Notes: generated by a model not told the origin, from the letters alone. A DNA stretch of 47,555 nucleotides from a bacterium (GCA_026709815.1 JAPOSH010000044.1:1-47555); one strand, 5' to 3'. Positions 1 to 9,625 are shown, numbered from the stretch's first letter. Numbers and translations are program-made.

Positions 1-234
1 CCGGTAGCCCAGTGCGCCGACCACCAGCGAGCGGGCCCCTTCAACCGCGCGGCTGGGATCGGTGGAGCGCTCGGGATTCCGATAGGTAAACGCCATCCCC
101 CCGTGCAGACCCTGTTCCCGGCGCCGGGCCAACACAGCTCGGGTGGACTCGAAGGGCCCGGCCGGCGCCACGCCGACGGCATCGAGCCCCGCCGCCAATC
201 CGGCGGCAACCACCTCGTCAGCACGGACGGCCAT
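1..234 (-). CDS. queG: tRNA epoxyqueuosine reductase QueG, N-terminal part (runs off window)
   Basis: Not in the ORF track. Manual translation from ATG at 234 (overlapping the upstream TGA): MAVRADEVVAAGLAAGLDAVGVAPAGPF...GLHGGMAFTYRNPERSTDPSRAVEGARSLVVGALGY, a typical QueG N-terminus. Confidence 0.8.
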   Translation of the reverse strand, partial: MAVRADEVVAAGLAAGLDAVGVAPAGPFESTRAVLARRREQGLHGGMAFTYRNPERSTDPSRAVEGARSLVVGALGYR

Positions 235-1619
235 CACCGGTGTCCGAACATCGACCACCCGTCAGGATCCTCCACCTCCAGTCCCATGACCGTCAGGAGT
301 TTGCGGGGATGGACCAGATTGGCGCCCTGGCCGCGGGCTCGCTCTCGCACGTCGTTGTCCTCCGAAACCACTACCAGCGGCCTTCGGAGCGGGTACCCGC
401 TGCACAAGGCGATGATGCGGTCGTCGGCGGTCTCCTGCGACGGGGTGAACTGCACAGACACTCCCACCGAGCGGGGGGTGGTGGCAATGTAGTCGTAGTC
501 GGTAACGCTGCCGTCGAACACCACCACGAATTCGGAGCATGGGTACCGGGAACTCAACTCCTCGACGTTGCGCAGGAACCGGCGGCGCTGTTCTCGCAGC
601 GTCATCTCCGGCCATTTCTTGAAGGTCACGTTGTAGCCGTCGATCAGCACCACGACCTCAGGAACCGAGTGGAGCAGGTATTCAACCGCCTCCGGCGTAT
701 CGTTGAGCAGCCCCTTGGGCATCGGGACCGGCAGGCGCTTGGTGGGGGGCTCAGGGCCGCTGTCGGTGCCGGGGGCTGGTTCTGGCTGGGCCTCGAAGCC
801 GGCTTTCTCGGCCACCGCCAACCGGCGCTCGACGTCCGCCAGCTTGTTGGTCAGGCTGTTGATCTCCTCCTCATGGCGGCTGCGGGCGCCCTTCAGATCC
901 TTCTTCAGCTGTTCGTTGTGCGTTTGGGCCTTCTTGAGCTTCTCGTCAAGGCGACGCCGGGTGCGCTGGCTTTGCGTCAAGCTGGTCTGGGCTGAGTCGA
1001 GCGCAGCGCGGGCCTGCTCGAGCTCAGCGGCCAGCTGGGCGGCCTTATCCTCGGCCCGATGGGCCTCGGTGCGGGCCTGGGCGGCCTGCAATCGGGCCTC
1101 GTCGCGCTCTCGGGTGGCCCGGTCACGCTGGGCATCGGCCTTTTGTCGGCTCGCTTCAGCCCGCTGAAGCCGCTGCTGTTGGCCTTGACGCCTTTGAGCG
1201 TGAGCGGCCTGCTCAGACTCCTGCTCGGCCACCGAGGCGAGTTGCCGGCACTCCTGGCGCCAGCCATCCGGGCGAGTCAGCCACAGCCAGCCGATGCGGC
1301 CGATCTCCCCCTCGGCAGCTGAGGCCGCAGTCCGCTCCCGGAACTCGTCGTCGGCCTCCACGATCTCGCGCACCTGCTCCAAGGCCCGCCCCGAGAACTT
1401 CTTGAATGCCAGGATCTGCTTCAACCTCGCCGGCGGGTCGATCGGGGATTTCTCGCGCTGGCCGGCCCGAGCGACTTCGACCGACTTCAAGAGCGCTTCT
1501 CTCAGCTCCTGCGTTTTCGGGCCGTCCTCCGGACTCGGGCCCTCTTCTTCTCCTTCTGTGTTTACCATCGGCGGGTGGGACTGCTCGGGTGATGCCGCCG
1601 GACTGTCTTTTAAGCTCAT
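234..1619 (-). CDS. Coiled-coil protein with C-terminal NYN (YacP-like PIN-fold) nuclease domain
   Basis: VVLIDGYNV, VVVFDG, ETADDRI and VVVSEDN motifs; long Ala/Gln/Arg/Glu heptad region. Confidence 0.8.
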   Translation of the reverse strand: MSLKDSPAASPEQSHPPMVNTEGEEEGPSPEDGPKTQELREALLKSVEVARAGQREKSPIDPPARLKQILAFKKFSGRALEQVREIVEADDEFRERTAASAAEGEIGRIGWLWLTRPDGWRQECRQLASVAEQESEQAAHAQRRQGQQQRLQRAEASRQKADAQRDRATRERDEARLQAAQARTEAHRAEDKAAQLAAELEQARAALDSAQTSLTQSQRTRRRLDEKLKKAQTHNEQLKKDLKGARSRHEEEINSLTNKLADVERRLAVAEKAGFEAQPEPAPGTDSGPEPPTKRLPVPMPKGLLNDTPEAVEYLLHSVPEVVVLIDGYNVTFKKWPEMTLREQRRRFLRNVEELSSRYPCSEFVVVFDGSVTDYDYIATTPRSVGVSVQFTPSQETADDRIIALCSGYPLRRPLVVVSEDNDVRERARGQGANLVHPRKLLTVMGLEVEDPDGWSMFGHR

Positions 1620-1625
1620 GTCTGC

Positions 1626-1653
1626 CTTTTGGTCTCATGCTTTTGGTCTCATG
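1626..1653. repeat. 14-bp tandem duplication (cttttggtctcatg x2) upstream of the NYN gene start
   Basis: Read directly: 1626-1639 and 1640-1653. Confidence 0.9.
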
Positions 1654-1666
1654 TTGTCTTTCAAGT

Positions 1667-2770
1667 TTACCTTTGCCCTCCACCGGCCTGGGCCGCCTCA
1701 TTGGAAATCGATACGAAGCGCTCCAACACCCGACTGGCCCCGCCGTCGTCAATGGACGCCGAGGCGGCCTGAAGCCCCTCTTCCAGCGCGTCGCACACCT
1801 CGGCCACCACCAGCGCTGCGGCGGCGTTGAGCACCACGATGTCGCGATGGGCGCCTGGTCGGCCGTCGAGCAACCGCCGCAGATAGTCGGCGTTGAGAGC
1901 CGCTTCCCCGCCCACCAGATCTTCGGCCCGGGCGGGGGCCAGCCCAAAGGCGGCGGGGTCCACTGTGTGGTGGAAGATGCCGCCGTCTCGCAGCTCCCAC
2001 ACGTCGCTGGGAGCGGTGGTGGACAGCTCGTCCAAGCCGTCGCGACCGCGCACCACCATGGCCCGCTCCGACCCGGTGGCAGCCAGCACCTCAAGCATGA
2101 TCTCGGCCATCGACCGGTCGCTGACCCCCACCAGTTGGCGCTTCACCCTGGCCGGGTTGGCCAGCGGGCCGAGGAAATTGAAAACTGTGGCCACCGCCAG
2201 CTCCCGACGCGGCGGCCCGGCATGGCGCATGGCCGGATGAAACCGAGGCGCCATGCAGAAGCCGAAGCCGACCTCGGTGACGCATCGAGCCACCCCGGCG
2301 GGACCGAGGTGAATCGCCGCCCCCAGCGCCTCCAGCACATCGGCTGAGCCGCATTTCGACGAGGCCGACCGGTTGCCGTGCTTGCACACCCTCGCCCCTG
2401 CTCCGACGGCGACCAGCGCGGCCGCAGTGGAGACGTTGATGCTCCCGCTGTTGTCGCCGCCGGTCCCGCAGGTATCGATGAGACCGAGGCCGGCCGCATC
2501 GAGCGGGACCGGTGCTGAAGCCCTTCGCATGGCCCAGAGCAGGCCCACCAGCTCCTCTTGGGTCTCCCCCCTAGTCCGCAAGCCGATCACGAAGCCGGCG
2601 ATCTGAGCCGGGGTCGCCTGCCCGAGCAAGATCTCTGTCATCGCCGCGTCAGCGATCTCCGACGAAAGGCTGCCCCCCGCGGTGATCTGCCGGAACACTT
2701 CGGGCCATCCCCCGCGCTCGCCAAGGCTCACCGCCTCTTCGGGCCATCCCCCGCGCTCGCCAAGGCTCAC
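1667..2770 (-). CDS. trpD: Anthranilate phosphoribosyltransferase
   Basis: DTCGTGGD, INVST, KHGNRSASSKCGSADVLEALG, FNFLGPLANP, DGLDE. The real start is GTG at 2770 or 2731 (duplicated start region); the 878-aa ORF is an upstream over-extension. Confidence 0.93.
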   Translation of the reverse strand: MSLGERGGWPEEAVSLGERGGWPEVFRQITAGGSLSSEIADAAMTEILLGQATPAQIAGFVIGLRTRGETQEELVGLLWAMRRASAPVPLDAAGLGLIDTCGTGGDNSGSINVSTAAALVAVGAGARVCKHGNRSASSKCGSADVLEALGAAIHLGPAGVARCVTEVGFGFCMAPRFHPAMRHAGPPRRELAVATVFNFLGPLANPARVKRQLVGVSDRSMAEIMLEVLAATGSERAMVVRGRDGLDELSTTAPSDVWELRDGGIFHHTVDPAAFGLAPARAEDLVGGEAALNADYLRRLLDGRPGAHRDIVVLNAAAALVVAEVCDALEEGLQAASASIDDGGASRVLERFVSISNEAAQAGGGQR

Positions 2771-2775
2771 CGCCT
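2698..2775. repeat. Perfect 39-bp tandem duplication spanning the trpD start (AVSLGERGGWPEE/V)
   Basis: cttcgggccatcccccgcgctcgccaaggctcaccgcct at 2698-2736 and 2737-2775. Confidence 0.95.
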
Positions 2776-2815
2776 TAGTGTGGCCGATCACCGCTGTGGT
2801 GCCACAATCTCCTTT

Positions 2816-4255
2816 GTGAAGATCTGCGTCATCGACGTCGGCACCAGCAGCATCCGCTCTGCGGTCACCGACGGGCACCGGGTCATCTGCTTCCGCCAAC
2901 AGTCCACCCCACCCGACATGCCCGAACCGGGATTGGTGGAGTTCGACGCCGACGACATGGCCTCGGCCATCGTCCAGACCGCCACCGAGGCTGTGAATGA
3001 GGCTGGGGGGGTCGATGCCGTCGCCGTCGCCAGCCAGCGGGGCTCGGCGGTGGTGTGGGAGCGCAAGACCGGCCGGCCGGTGGCCCCGGCGCTGGGCTGG
3101 CAGGATCTGCGCACGGTGGGCGAATGCCTCCGGTGGCAAGCCGAGGGCCTGTGGCTGGTACCCAACGAGTCGGCCACCAAGCTGGTCTGGCTGCTCGACC
3201 AGCATGACCCCGGCCGAAACCGGGATCTTTGCTTTGGCACCGTGGACTCGTGGGCAGTCTGGTGCCTGTCGCAGGGCGCCGACCATGTGATCGACCCCTC
3301 CAACGCGGCCATGAGCGGCATGCTGGCCGACGACGGCCGCTGCTGGTCGGATGCGCTCGTCGAGCAGATCGGGGTTCCCCCCCGCTGCCTGCCTGAGATC
3401 GTGGACTCCACCGGAGTGGTGGGCGCCGCCGCCGCCCTGCCCGGAGCACCGCCGATTGCCGGCATCATCGGCGACCAGCAGTCGTCGCTTATCGGACAGC
3501 GCTGTGTGCTCGAGGGGTTGGCCAAGCTCACTTTCGGTACCGGCGCCTTTCTGAACGTCTTCACCGGCCCAGACCGCCTGATTGCTCAGAAGCGCAGCGA
3601 CCGGGGCACGTTTCCCATCGTGGCCTGGCAGGAGAACGGGGAAACCGCGTGGGGCGTGGAGGCCATGATGATCGCCGCCGGGTCGAACATGAACTGGCTC
3701 ATAGACGATGTGGGCTTGCTGGGTGATGCCTCGGAGTCGTCCGCGATGGCCGACAGCGTGGCCGACACCGGCGGGGTGGTGTACGTGCCCGCCCTCTACG
3801 GGCTGGGCACGCCCCACTGGGACTTCGGGGCCCGAGCCGCCCTGTTCGGCATGACCGGGGGCACCACTGCGGCCCACATCGTTCGAGCGGTGTTCGAAGG
3901 GGTGGCCAATCGGGCCGCCGATCTGCTGGAAGCGGCCGAGGCCGACAGCGGCTACCACATCGAGCGGATCCGGGCGGACGGCGGAATGTCGAAAAATCCG
4001 GTGTTCATCCAGATATTGGCCGACACCCTCGGGCGAACGGTTGAGCTGTGCCCGGTGCCAGAGGGGACCGCACTGGGGGCTGCCGTGCTGGCCGGACGCG
4101 CCCTGGGACAGTGGTCGAGCTGGCAGGAGGTGGCTGATTCCTGGTCGCCGCGGGCGGTGGTGGCACCGCAGGCAGCCGCAGACCGCCAGCGCTGGCACGA
4201 GGCGGTGCAGCGGGCCTCCCGCTGGTATCCCGAGCTGTCCGACATCGGCCTCTAG
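2816..4255 (+). CDS. FGGY-family carbohydrate kinase (glycerol kinase-like)
   Basis: IDVGTSSIR, SQR..VVWERKTG.P, WQDLRT, GDQQSSL.GQ, KLTFGTGAF, GLGTPHWD, DGGMS; GTG start at 2816. Confidence 0.88.
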   Translation: MKICVIDVGTSSIRSAVTDGHRVICFRQQSTPPDMPEPGLVEFDADDMASAIVQTATEAVNEAGGVDAVAVASQRGSAVVWERKTGRPVAPALGWQDLRTVGECLRWQAEGLWLVPNESATKLVWLLDQHDPGRNRDLCFGTVDSWAVWCLSQGADHVIDPSNAAMSGMLADDGRCWSDALVEQIGVPPRCLPEIVDSTGVVGAAAALPGAPPIAGIIGDQQSSLIGQRCVLEGLAKLTFGTGAFLNVFTGPDRLIAQKRSDRGTFPIVAWQENGETAWGVEAMMIAAGSNMNWLIDDVGLLGDASESSAMADSVADTGGVVYVPALYGLGTPHWDFGARAALFGMTGGTTAAHIVRAVFEGVANRAADLLEAAEADSGYHIERIRADGGMSKNPVFIQILADTLGRTVELCPVPEGTALGAAVLAGRALGQWSSWQEVADSWSPRAVVAPQAAADRQRWHEAVQRASRWYPELSDIGL

Positions 4256-4320
4256 CGGTCCGGAGAGGTTGGGTTCGAAAACACTGCGACCGGTGCCCTT
4301 CAAGCTGACAGACTAGGGCC

Positions 4321-4697
<377 letters not shown>

Positions 4698-4734
4698 CCG
4701 GCCTCTTCAGGCTTCTTCAGAGCAGAAGGGGCGT

Positions 4735-5247
4735 TCAGCATCCTCGGGGGGGCCGCCGGCGATTGGCGCCCATTTGGGCACGATCCAGCCGGCCTTGGGC
4801 GCAGAACAGGCGGCGGCGTTCCCGGTCGGTCAGCCCGTAGCGATTTATCGCCCACGCCCCGACGGCCAGCCCGATCAGCTCCAGAGCGATCAGCGCGGGG
4901 GCAGGCTTGAATTCGGGGAGATCTCCGCGGCCCACCCTGACCCCGAGAGCCGGCCACCAGAGCAGCTCGGTGCGCAGCCACGCTCCGTCGAGCACCAGGT
5001 ACAGGAACAGCCCGATGGGCAGGCCCAGCCATCGGCGGCGGGCCAGCCGGCGGCCCCGGGTGGCCAGCATCACCGCCACCATCGCCACCAGGGGCGCCAA
5101 CAGGGTGTGCATCGCCCACGGACCCCCGGCCAGCAGCTCAGCCACCGGCAGCACCGAGCCGAGCATCACCACTCGGTAGTCAAGAGCCGGGCTGTCGAAC
5201 ACCAAGGCCACCAGCACGAAGCTGAGGGCCAGGAACCAGAAGAACAC
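4735..5247 (-). CDS. Hypothetical integral membrane protein
   Basis: Several hydrophobic segments; LDYR.V.LGSVLP and HTLL motifs loosely resemble membrane metal-dependent hydrolases; collinear with upstream genes. Confidence 0.7.
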   Translation of the reverse strand: MFFWFLALSFVLVALVFDSPALDYRVVMLGSVLPVAELLAGGPWAMHTLLAPLVAMVAVMLATRGRRLARRRWLGLPIGLFLYLVLDGAWLRTELLWWPALGVRVGRGDLPEFKPAPALIALELIGLAVGAWAINRYGLTDRERRRLFCAQGRLDRAQMGANRRRPPRGC

Positions 5248-5262
5248 CGGCCGGCGGCCCGA

Positions 5263-5985
5263 TCAAGTCCGCACCAGGATGCGGCCGCATTCCTCGCAGT
5301 GGAGCAGCTCATCGGCCGGAGCATGGCGGATGCGGTCGAGCTCCATGGCCGACAGCGCCAGATGGCAACCCTCGCAGATGCCGTTGCGGAGCCGGGCCAC
5401 CGCCACGCCGCCCATGCGGGATCGCAGCCCGTCATAACCGGCCAGCGCGGCCGGCGGGACTCTTGCGGCCTCGGCGCAGCGGGCGGCTGACTGCTGATCG
5501 ATCTCGGCCTGCACCACCGCCTCCGCATCGGCGAGCCGGCGCCCGGCGGCGGACACCTCGGCTTCGGCCGCTTCAATATCCGACCCCAGGGCCTCCACCC
5601 GGGCGTCGATCTCCTCGATCGCCTCCATGAGCTCCAAGGCGTCGCTCTCCATGGCGGAGCAGCGGGATCGCAGTCCGTCCACCTCCTCTTGGAGGGTCAG
5701 CAGCTCCCGAGTGCCGGTGACCTCTCCTGAATACAGCCGGTCGTGCTCCCGCTTGGCCCGATCCTCCAGAGCGGCCAGCTCGTCCTCGTGTCGGTTGAGG
5801 GCCCGCTTGAGCTCCAGCTGCTCGACTTGCAAGGCCTCGCGCCGGCCCGCGACCTGTTCGCGATCCTGTTGCCGGGCAGCCAGAGCAGCCCGCTCGGCGA
5901 GGGTCTCATGGCGGTGGCGAAGCTGGTCGATTCTGATGTCGTGATCCTGCACCGACAACAGGAGCTGAAGCTGATCGTCGCTCAC
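5263..5985 (-). CDS. Coiled-coil protein with C4-type zinc ribbon (DUF164/CT398-like)
   Basis: LL.VQDHD N-terminus, long coiled coil, CEGCH...CEECGRILV; commonly found near rnpB in Actinobacteria. Confidence 0.9.
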   Translation of the reverse strand: MSDDQLQLLLSVQDHDIRIDQLRHRHETLAERAALAARQQDREQVAGRREALQVEQLELKRALNRHEDELAALEDRAKREHDRLYSGEVTGTRELLTLQEEVDGLRSRCSAMESDALELMEAIEEIDARVEALGSDIEAAEAEVSAAGRRLADAEAVVQAEIDQQSAARCAEAARVPPAALAGYDGLRSRMGGVAVARLRNGICEGCHLALSAMELDRIRHAPADELLHCEECGRILVRT

Positions 5986-8366
5986 GGCTCGATATTAGGT
6001 TCGGTATCAGGTTCAGCCGCGCCCTGCGCCGCGGGACTGGCGGCGGGATCACCACCGGCGCCGGAGGCTGCCGGGGCTTCGCCTTCGCCGGGGCCGTCGA
6101 ATTCGGTGCTGCGGCCCACGCAGGTGTCGGCCACCCCGTCGTCGTCGGAGTCCAACGGGAACTGCCCGCTAGGGCACACCGCTTCTACAGGCTGTGGGGT
6201 GCCGCAGTACAGCGGAATGGGATCCCCGCCCTCCACTGCGAATTCGCTGAACCCGCAGGGCGCCAATCCCGTCGTTGCCAGCAGATCAGCGCACGCGTCG
6301 TGGATGCCGTCGCCATCGGTGTCCACTGGGACGATGACCGGCACGACCGCCTCGGGGTCTTCGGGCGCGATGGGCGTATCACATGGGACACCCACGGTGA
6401 ACACGTCCTCCAGCTCTATCAGATCGCCGAGCCTGGGCTCGCCGGGGCAGCCGGGAAAGTCCACCGGCACCCGGTCGGCGTGGTAGGCCGTCATGAACCG
6501 CCCCCACGCCACGGCCGGATAGGAACTGCCGGTCACGCCCCGCATGGGAATTCGCTCGTTGGGGTTCCCTAGCCACACCGCAGTGGCCAGATAGGGGGAG
6601 TACCCGACGAACCAGGCGTCGGCCGACTCCTCGGTGGTGCCGGTTTTGCCTGCTCCGACCTGATTGGGGATCTGTGCCCGCCGACCAGTGCCGTTGGCCA
6701 TGTTGTTCTCCAGCACTTCAGAGGCCCAGCAGGCCGATCGCTCCGTCACCACCCGTCGGCCTGAGAGCTCGTGGCGGTAGAGCACGTTGCCCTGGCGGTC
6801 GACGATCCTCTCGATGAAGTAGGGCTCGTAGCGGATGCCACCGGTGCCGATCACACCGTAGGCCGACGCCATGTCGATCGGGTGAACTTCCTCGGAACCC
6901 AGCGGCAGCGACGCTACCGGCTCCAGCTCGCTGGTCACGCCCATGATCGCGGCGACGTCGATAACCGGCTGGATTCCGGCCACCCGGCCCAGCCGCAAGA
7001 AGGCGCAGTTGGAGGACACCCTGATCTGGTCGGTGATGGTTTCCACCTGCCCGGGCGAACTGGCGAAGTTGTTGGCCACATAGGGATCAGGCACGCCGCC
7101 GGGGTTGGGGATCTGACACGGGCCCCGCCCGCTGACGAGGTCGCTGGGCTGGTAGCCCTGCTCGAACAGGGCCATCATAACGAAGGTCTTGAACGCCGAC
7201 CCCGGCTGGCGGGAGCCCTGGGTGGCCAGGTTGAACTCCTCTGTGTCCTGGGCGAACCCCGGCCCGCCCACCACCGCCCGAACCGCCCCGGTGTCAGGCT
7301 CCAGCGCGGCCAGGGCCATGGTGGCTTCCACCCCGCCGTGGCTGCCCTGGTCGTACTCGGCCAGGGTGGCCGACACTGCGGCCTCGGCCTGCCGTTGGGC
7401 CGCGGGGTCGAAGGTGGTGTGGATGCTGAGGCCGCCGTTGAACACCAGGTTGAAGCGATCCTCGGGGCTCCCGCCCAGATACCTGGGGTCGTCCAACAGC
7501 TGCTGCTTCACCTCCTCCACGAAGTAGCTCTTGGGGGGCAGCTCGATCTCGTTGACTGCTTCGGGCAGCGGCTGGAGATGGTAGGAGTCGGCCTGCTCGG
7601 AAGTGATGAAGCCCAGCTCGGCCAGCCGGTTCAGCACGATGCGCCGCTGGCGCAGCGCCCGGATGGGGTTGTTGATGGGATCGGTTCTGCTGGGGTTGCT
7701 GATGAGAGCGGCCAGCAGCGCGGCCTCCCCCCATCCCAACTCGGAGGCATCCAAACCCCAGTAAACCTCGGCTGCAGCCTGAACACCGTAGGCGCCCTGG
7801 CCGAAGTACACCGTGTTCAAATACAGGTTGAGGATCTCGTGCTTTTCCATCTGCCGCTCGAGGCGCTTGGCCATGGCCATCTCCTGGAGCTTGCGCTCGG
7901 CCTCGACCTTGTTGCCCACCACTAGGTTTTTGATGAGCTGCTGGGTGATGGTGGAGCCGCCCTGGGTGATCCCCCCGGCCCCCACGTTCTCCAGACCAGC
8001 CCGGAACACCGCGCTGAGATCGACGCCGGTGTGGAGGTAGAAGTTCTCGTCCTCGATGGCGAGCACCGCATGCTGTACTTCGTCGGAGATGTCGCCCAGG
8101 TCCACGAGCACCCGGTTCTCCACATAGCTGAATACGTCGATGACCTGGAGGTTCGAGTCGTATACGTACGAGCGGATGGCCAGCTCGTCCAGGCTCACGT
8201 CTTCAGTCAGGTTCACCTCCACCGGGGTGGACTCCCACGACTGGAGCACATCAGCAGTAGGCGGCCATACCACGAAAAGGGTGGCGGCCAAGGCCAGCGC
8301 CAGCATCGGCATGAGCACCGTCAGACGGAACAGGTGGGACAGCCACCTCAGCAAGTCCTTCACCAT
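5982..8366 (-). CDS. Class A penicillin-binding protein (transglycosylase + transpeptidase) with Cys/Asp-rich C-terminal tail
   Basis: N-terminal TM; EDENFY.H.GVD, GGSTITQQLIKN, RKLQE, YLNTVYFGQGAYGV; SAFK (SxxK), SSN (SxN), KTGT. Confidence 0.93.
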   Translation of the reverse strand: MVKDLLRWLSHLFRLTVLMPMLALALAATLFVVWPPTADVLQSWESTPVEVNLTEDVSLDELAIRSYVYDSNLQVIDVFSYVENRVLVDLGDISDEVQHAVLAIEDENFYLHTGVDLSAVFRAGLENVGAGGITQGGSTITQQLIKNLVVGNKVEAERKLQEMAMAKRLERQMEKHEILNLYLNTVYFGQGAYGVQAAAEVYWGLDASELGWGEAALLAALISNPSRTDPINNPIRALRQRRIVLNRLAELGFITSEQADSYHLQPLPEAVNEIELPPKSYFVEEVKQQLLDDPRYLGGSPEDRFNLVFNGGLSIHTTFDPAAQRQAEAAVSATLAEYDQGSHGGVEATMALAALEPDTGAVRAVVGGPGFAQDTEEFNLATQGSRQPGSAFKTFVMMALFEQGYQPSDLVSGRGPCQIPNPGGVPDPYVANNFASSPGQVETITDQIRVSSNCAFLRLGRVAGIQPVIDVAAIMGVTSELEPVASLPLGSEEVHPIDMASAYGVIGTGGIRYEPYFIERIVDRQGNVLYRHELSGRRVVTERSACWASEVLENNMANGTGRRAQIPNQVGAGKTGTTEESADAWFVGYSPYLATAVWLGNPNERIPMRGVTGSSYPAVAWGRFMTAYHADRVPVDFPGCPGEPRLGDLIELEDVFTVGVPCDTPIAPEDPEAVVPVIVPVDTDGDGIHDACADLLATTGLAPCGFSEFAVEGGDPIPLYCGTPQPVEAVCPSGQFPLDSDDDGVADTCVGRSTEFDGPGEGEAPAASGAGGDPAASPAAQGAAEPDTEPNIEP

Positions 8367-8470
8367 GCCTCCGGGATTTCCGGTCTCGCTGCAAACATCG
8401 GGCTCACGCGGCCCGCATATGTACCCAGGCCCCTCACGCTAGCGGCTACGAGGCAAGGCAAGGGGCTCGC

Positions 8471-8935
8471 TCAGTAGCTGCCACCCAGTTTGGTGTGATC
8501 CCAGCTGACGGTCTTCTCGGCCTTGATCACTACCGCGGTGCGCTTCTGGGCCATGCTCTCGGCCGCTTCGGACAGCATCTCACGGTCGACGTCGGGGTTG
8601 TTGCGGGCCATCACCGCCAAGGCGTAGCGGTGGACCACCTCGGGGTCGGTGTGCAGTTCGGCATAGCCGTTGATCGCCACCCCCCTCAGCTTGTCGTATT
8701 CCAGGCCGTCCTCCATCAGCACGGCGATGCGGCCGTCCCGCTCCAAGTTCTTGATCTTCTGCGACTTGGTATAGGTCTCGAAGACGATGTCGCCGTCCAC
8801 CACCCCGAACCACAGTGTGCTCAGATGGGGGGTTCCGTCCTGGTTGATGGTGGCCACCTGGAGGCTCTTCTGCTCCTCGATGAAGGCTTCGAGCTCTTCG
8901 GGGGTCATGCGGATCTTCTCGCGTCGCTTCGCCAT
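8471..8935 (-). CDS. Pyridoxamine 5'-phosphate oxidase family (PPOX class, probably F420-dependent) protein
   Basis: MAKRREKIRMTPEE, VATINQDGTPH, KSQKIKNLERD, YDKLRGV, SWDHTKL; start taken at ATG 8935. Confidence 0.85.
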   Translation of the reverse strand: MAKRREKIRMTPEELEAFIEEQKSLQVATINQDGTPHLSTLWFGVVDGDIVFETYTKSQKIKNLERDGRIAVLMEDGLEYDKLRGVAINGYAELHTDPEVVHRYALAVMARNNPDVDREMLSEAAESMAQKRTAVVIKAEKTVSWDHTKLGGSY

Positions 8936-9012
8936 GGGGTCAGCCTCCCACACCGGCTCGGCGCGTGCCTCGCCGTTTGACGCCGACTCCTTGGGGCGAT
9001 GTCGGCGACTGG

Positions 9013-9342
9013 TCAGACGATATCGGGCGCTGCCGCCCACCACCACCAGCCCAAGGCTGCGACTGCTCCTGCGAACAAGGCGAAAAACAACGCCCGCTTG
9101 GCCAGTTTGTACAAGCACACCACCGTGGCCAGCACGGCGACGATCACTGCGGCCAGCGCCAGCTCAGGGTTGACAGTGGCGAACTCGATCAGCTCGGGGG
9201 GTATGTCATCGCGCACCGACGATGGCACGCAGTCAAGGGCCTGCTCGGGGATCTTGGCTATCGATCCCTCGCGCAGCTTCTCCAGCAGATGAGCGTCGAC
9301 GCAGTCCAGCCCGTCGGGGAGCCGCTGCTCACCGCTGCTCAG
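9013..9342 (-). CDS. Small membrane protein with two C-terminal TM helices; start uncertain (CTG 9342 or GTG 9228)
   Basis: The frame is open upstream of the ORF-track start with protein-like sequence (LPDGLDCVDAHLLEKLREGSIAKIPEQALDCV), but has no ATG/GTG/TTG there. Confidence 0.55.
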   Translation of the reverse strand: MSSGEQRLPDGLDCVDAHLLEKLREGSIAKIPEQALDCVPSSVRDDIPPELIEFATVNPELALAAVIVAVLATVVCLYKLAKRALFFALFAGAVAALGWWWWAAAPDIV

Positions 9343-9625
9343 CGGCCCCTGCCTGATCCTTCAGGCGCCCTTCGAGGCGGCCTATCCTGCCGGCCAAATC
9401 CATGAGAAGACCGGTCAGCTGATCCAATCTCTGATGAACCCGGACAAATCCGGCCTGCGTCTCATCCCGGTAGGCCTTCAACTGCGCCTGCGTCTCATCC
9501 CGGTGAGCTTTCAACTGCGCCTGCGTCTCATCCCGGTGAGCCCTGAGATCGGCGCGGTGCGACCGGTCGAGGTACAGCATGAGAGCGATTACGACCCCCA
9601 GCATGGAAATGATGACTTGTTCCAC
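9329..9625 (-). CDS. Small TM-anchored coiled-coil protein with 11-aa tandem repeats
   Basis: N-terminal hydrophobic helix, repeats AHRDETQAQLK, ends RIGRLEG; RBS-like gggag upstream. Confidence 0.65.
   Translation of the reverse strand: MEQVIISMLGVVIALMLYLDRSHRADLRAHRDETQAQLKAHRDETQAQLKAYRDETQAGFVRVHQRLDQLTGLLMDLAGRIGRLEGRLKDQAGAAEQR
9453..9541. repeat. 33-bp tandem repeat, about 2.7 copies
   Basis: gcctgcgtctcatcccggt... units start at 9453, 9486 and 9519. Confidence 0.92.

Noticed and set aside
2771-4303. 878-aa minus-strand ORF suggesting a giant TrpD fusion
   Set aside because: The N-terminal ~510 aa is the antisense shadow of the FGGY kinase; TrpD homology starts near 2770.
9453-9541. 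33-bp repeats as a possible CRISPR array
   Set aside because: Head-to-tail with no spacers, in-frame coding repeats, and no cas genes.
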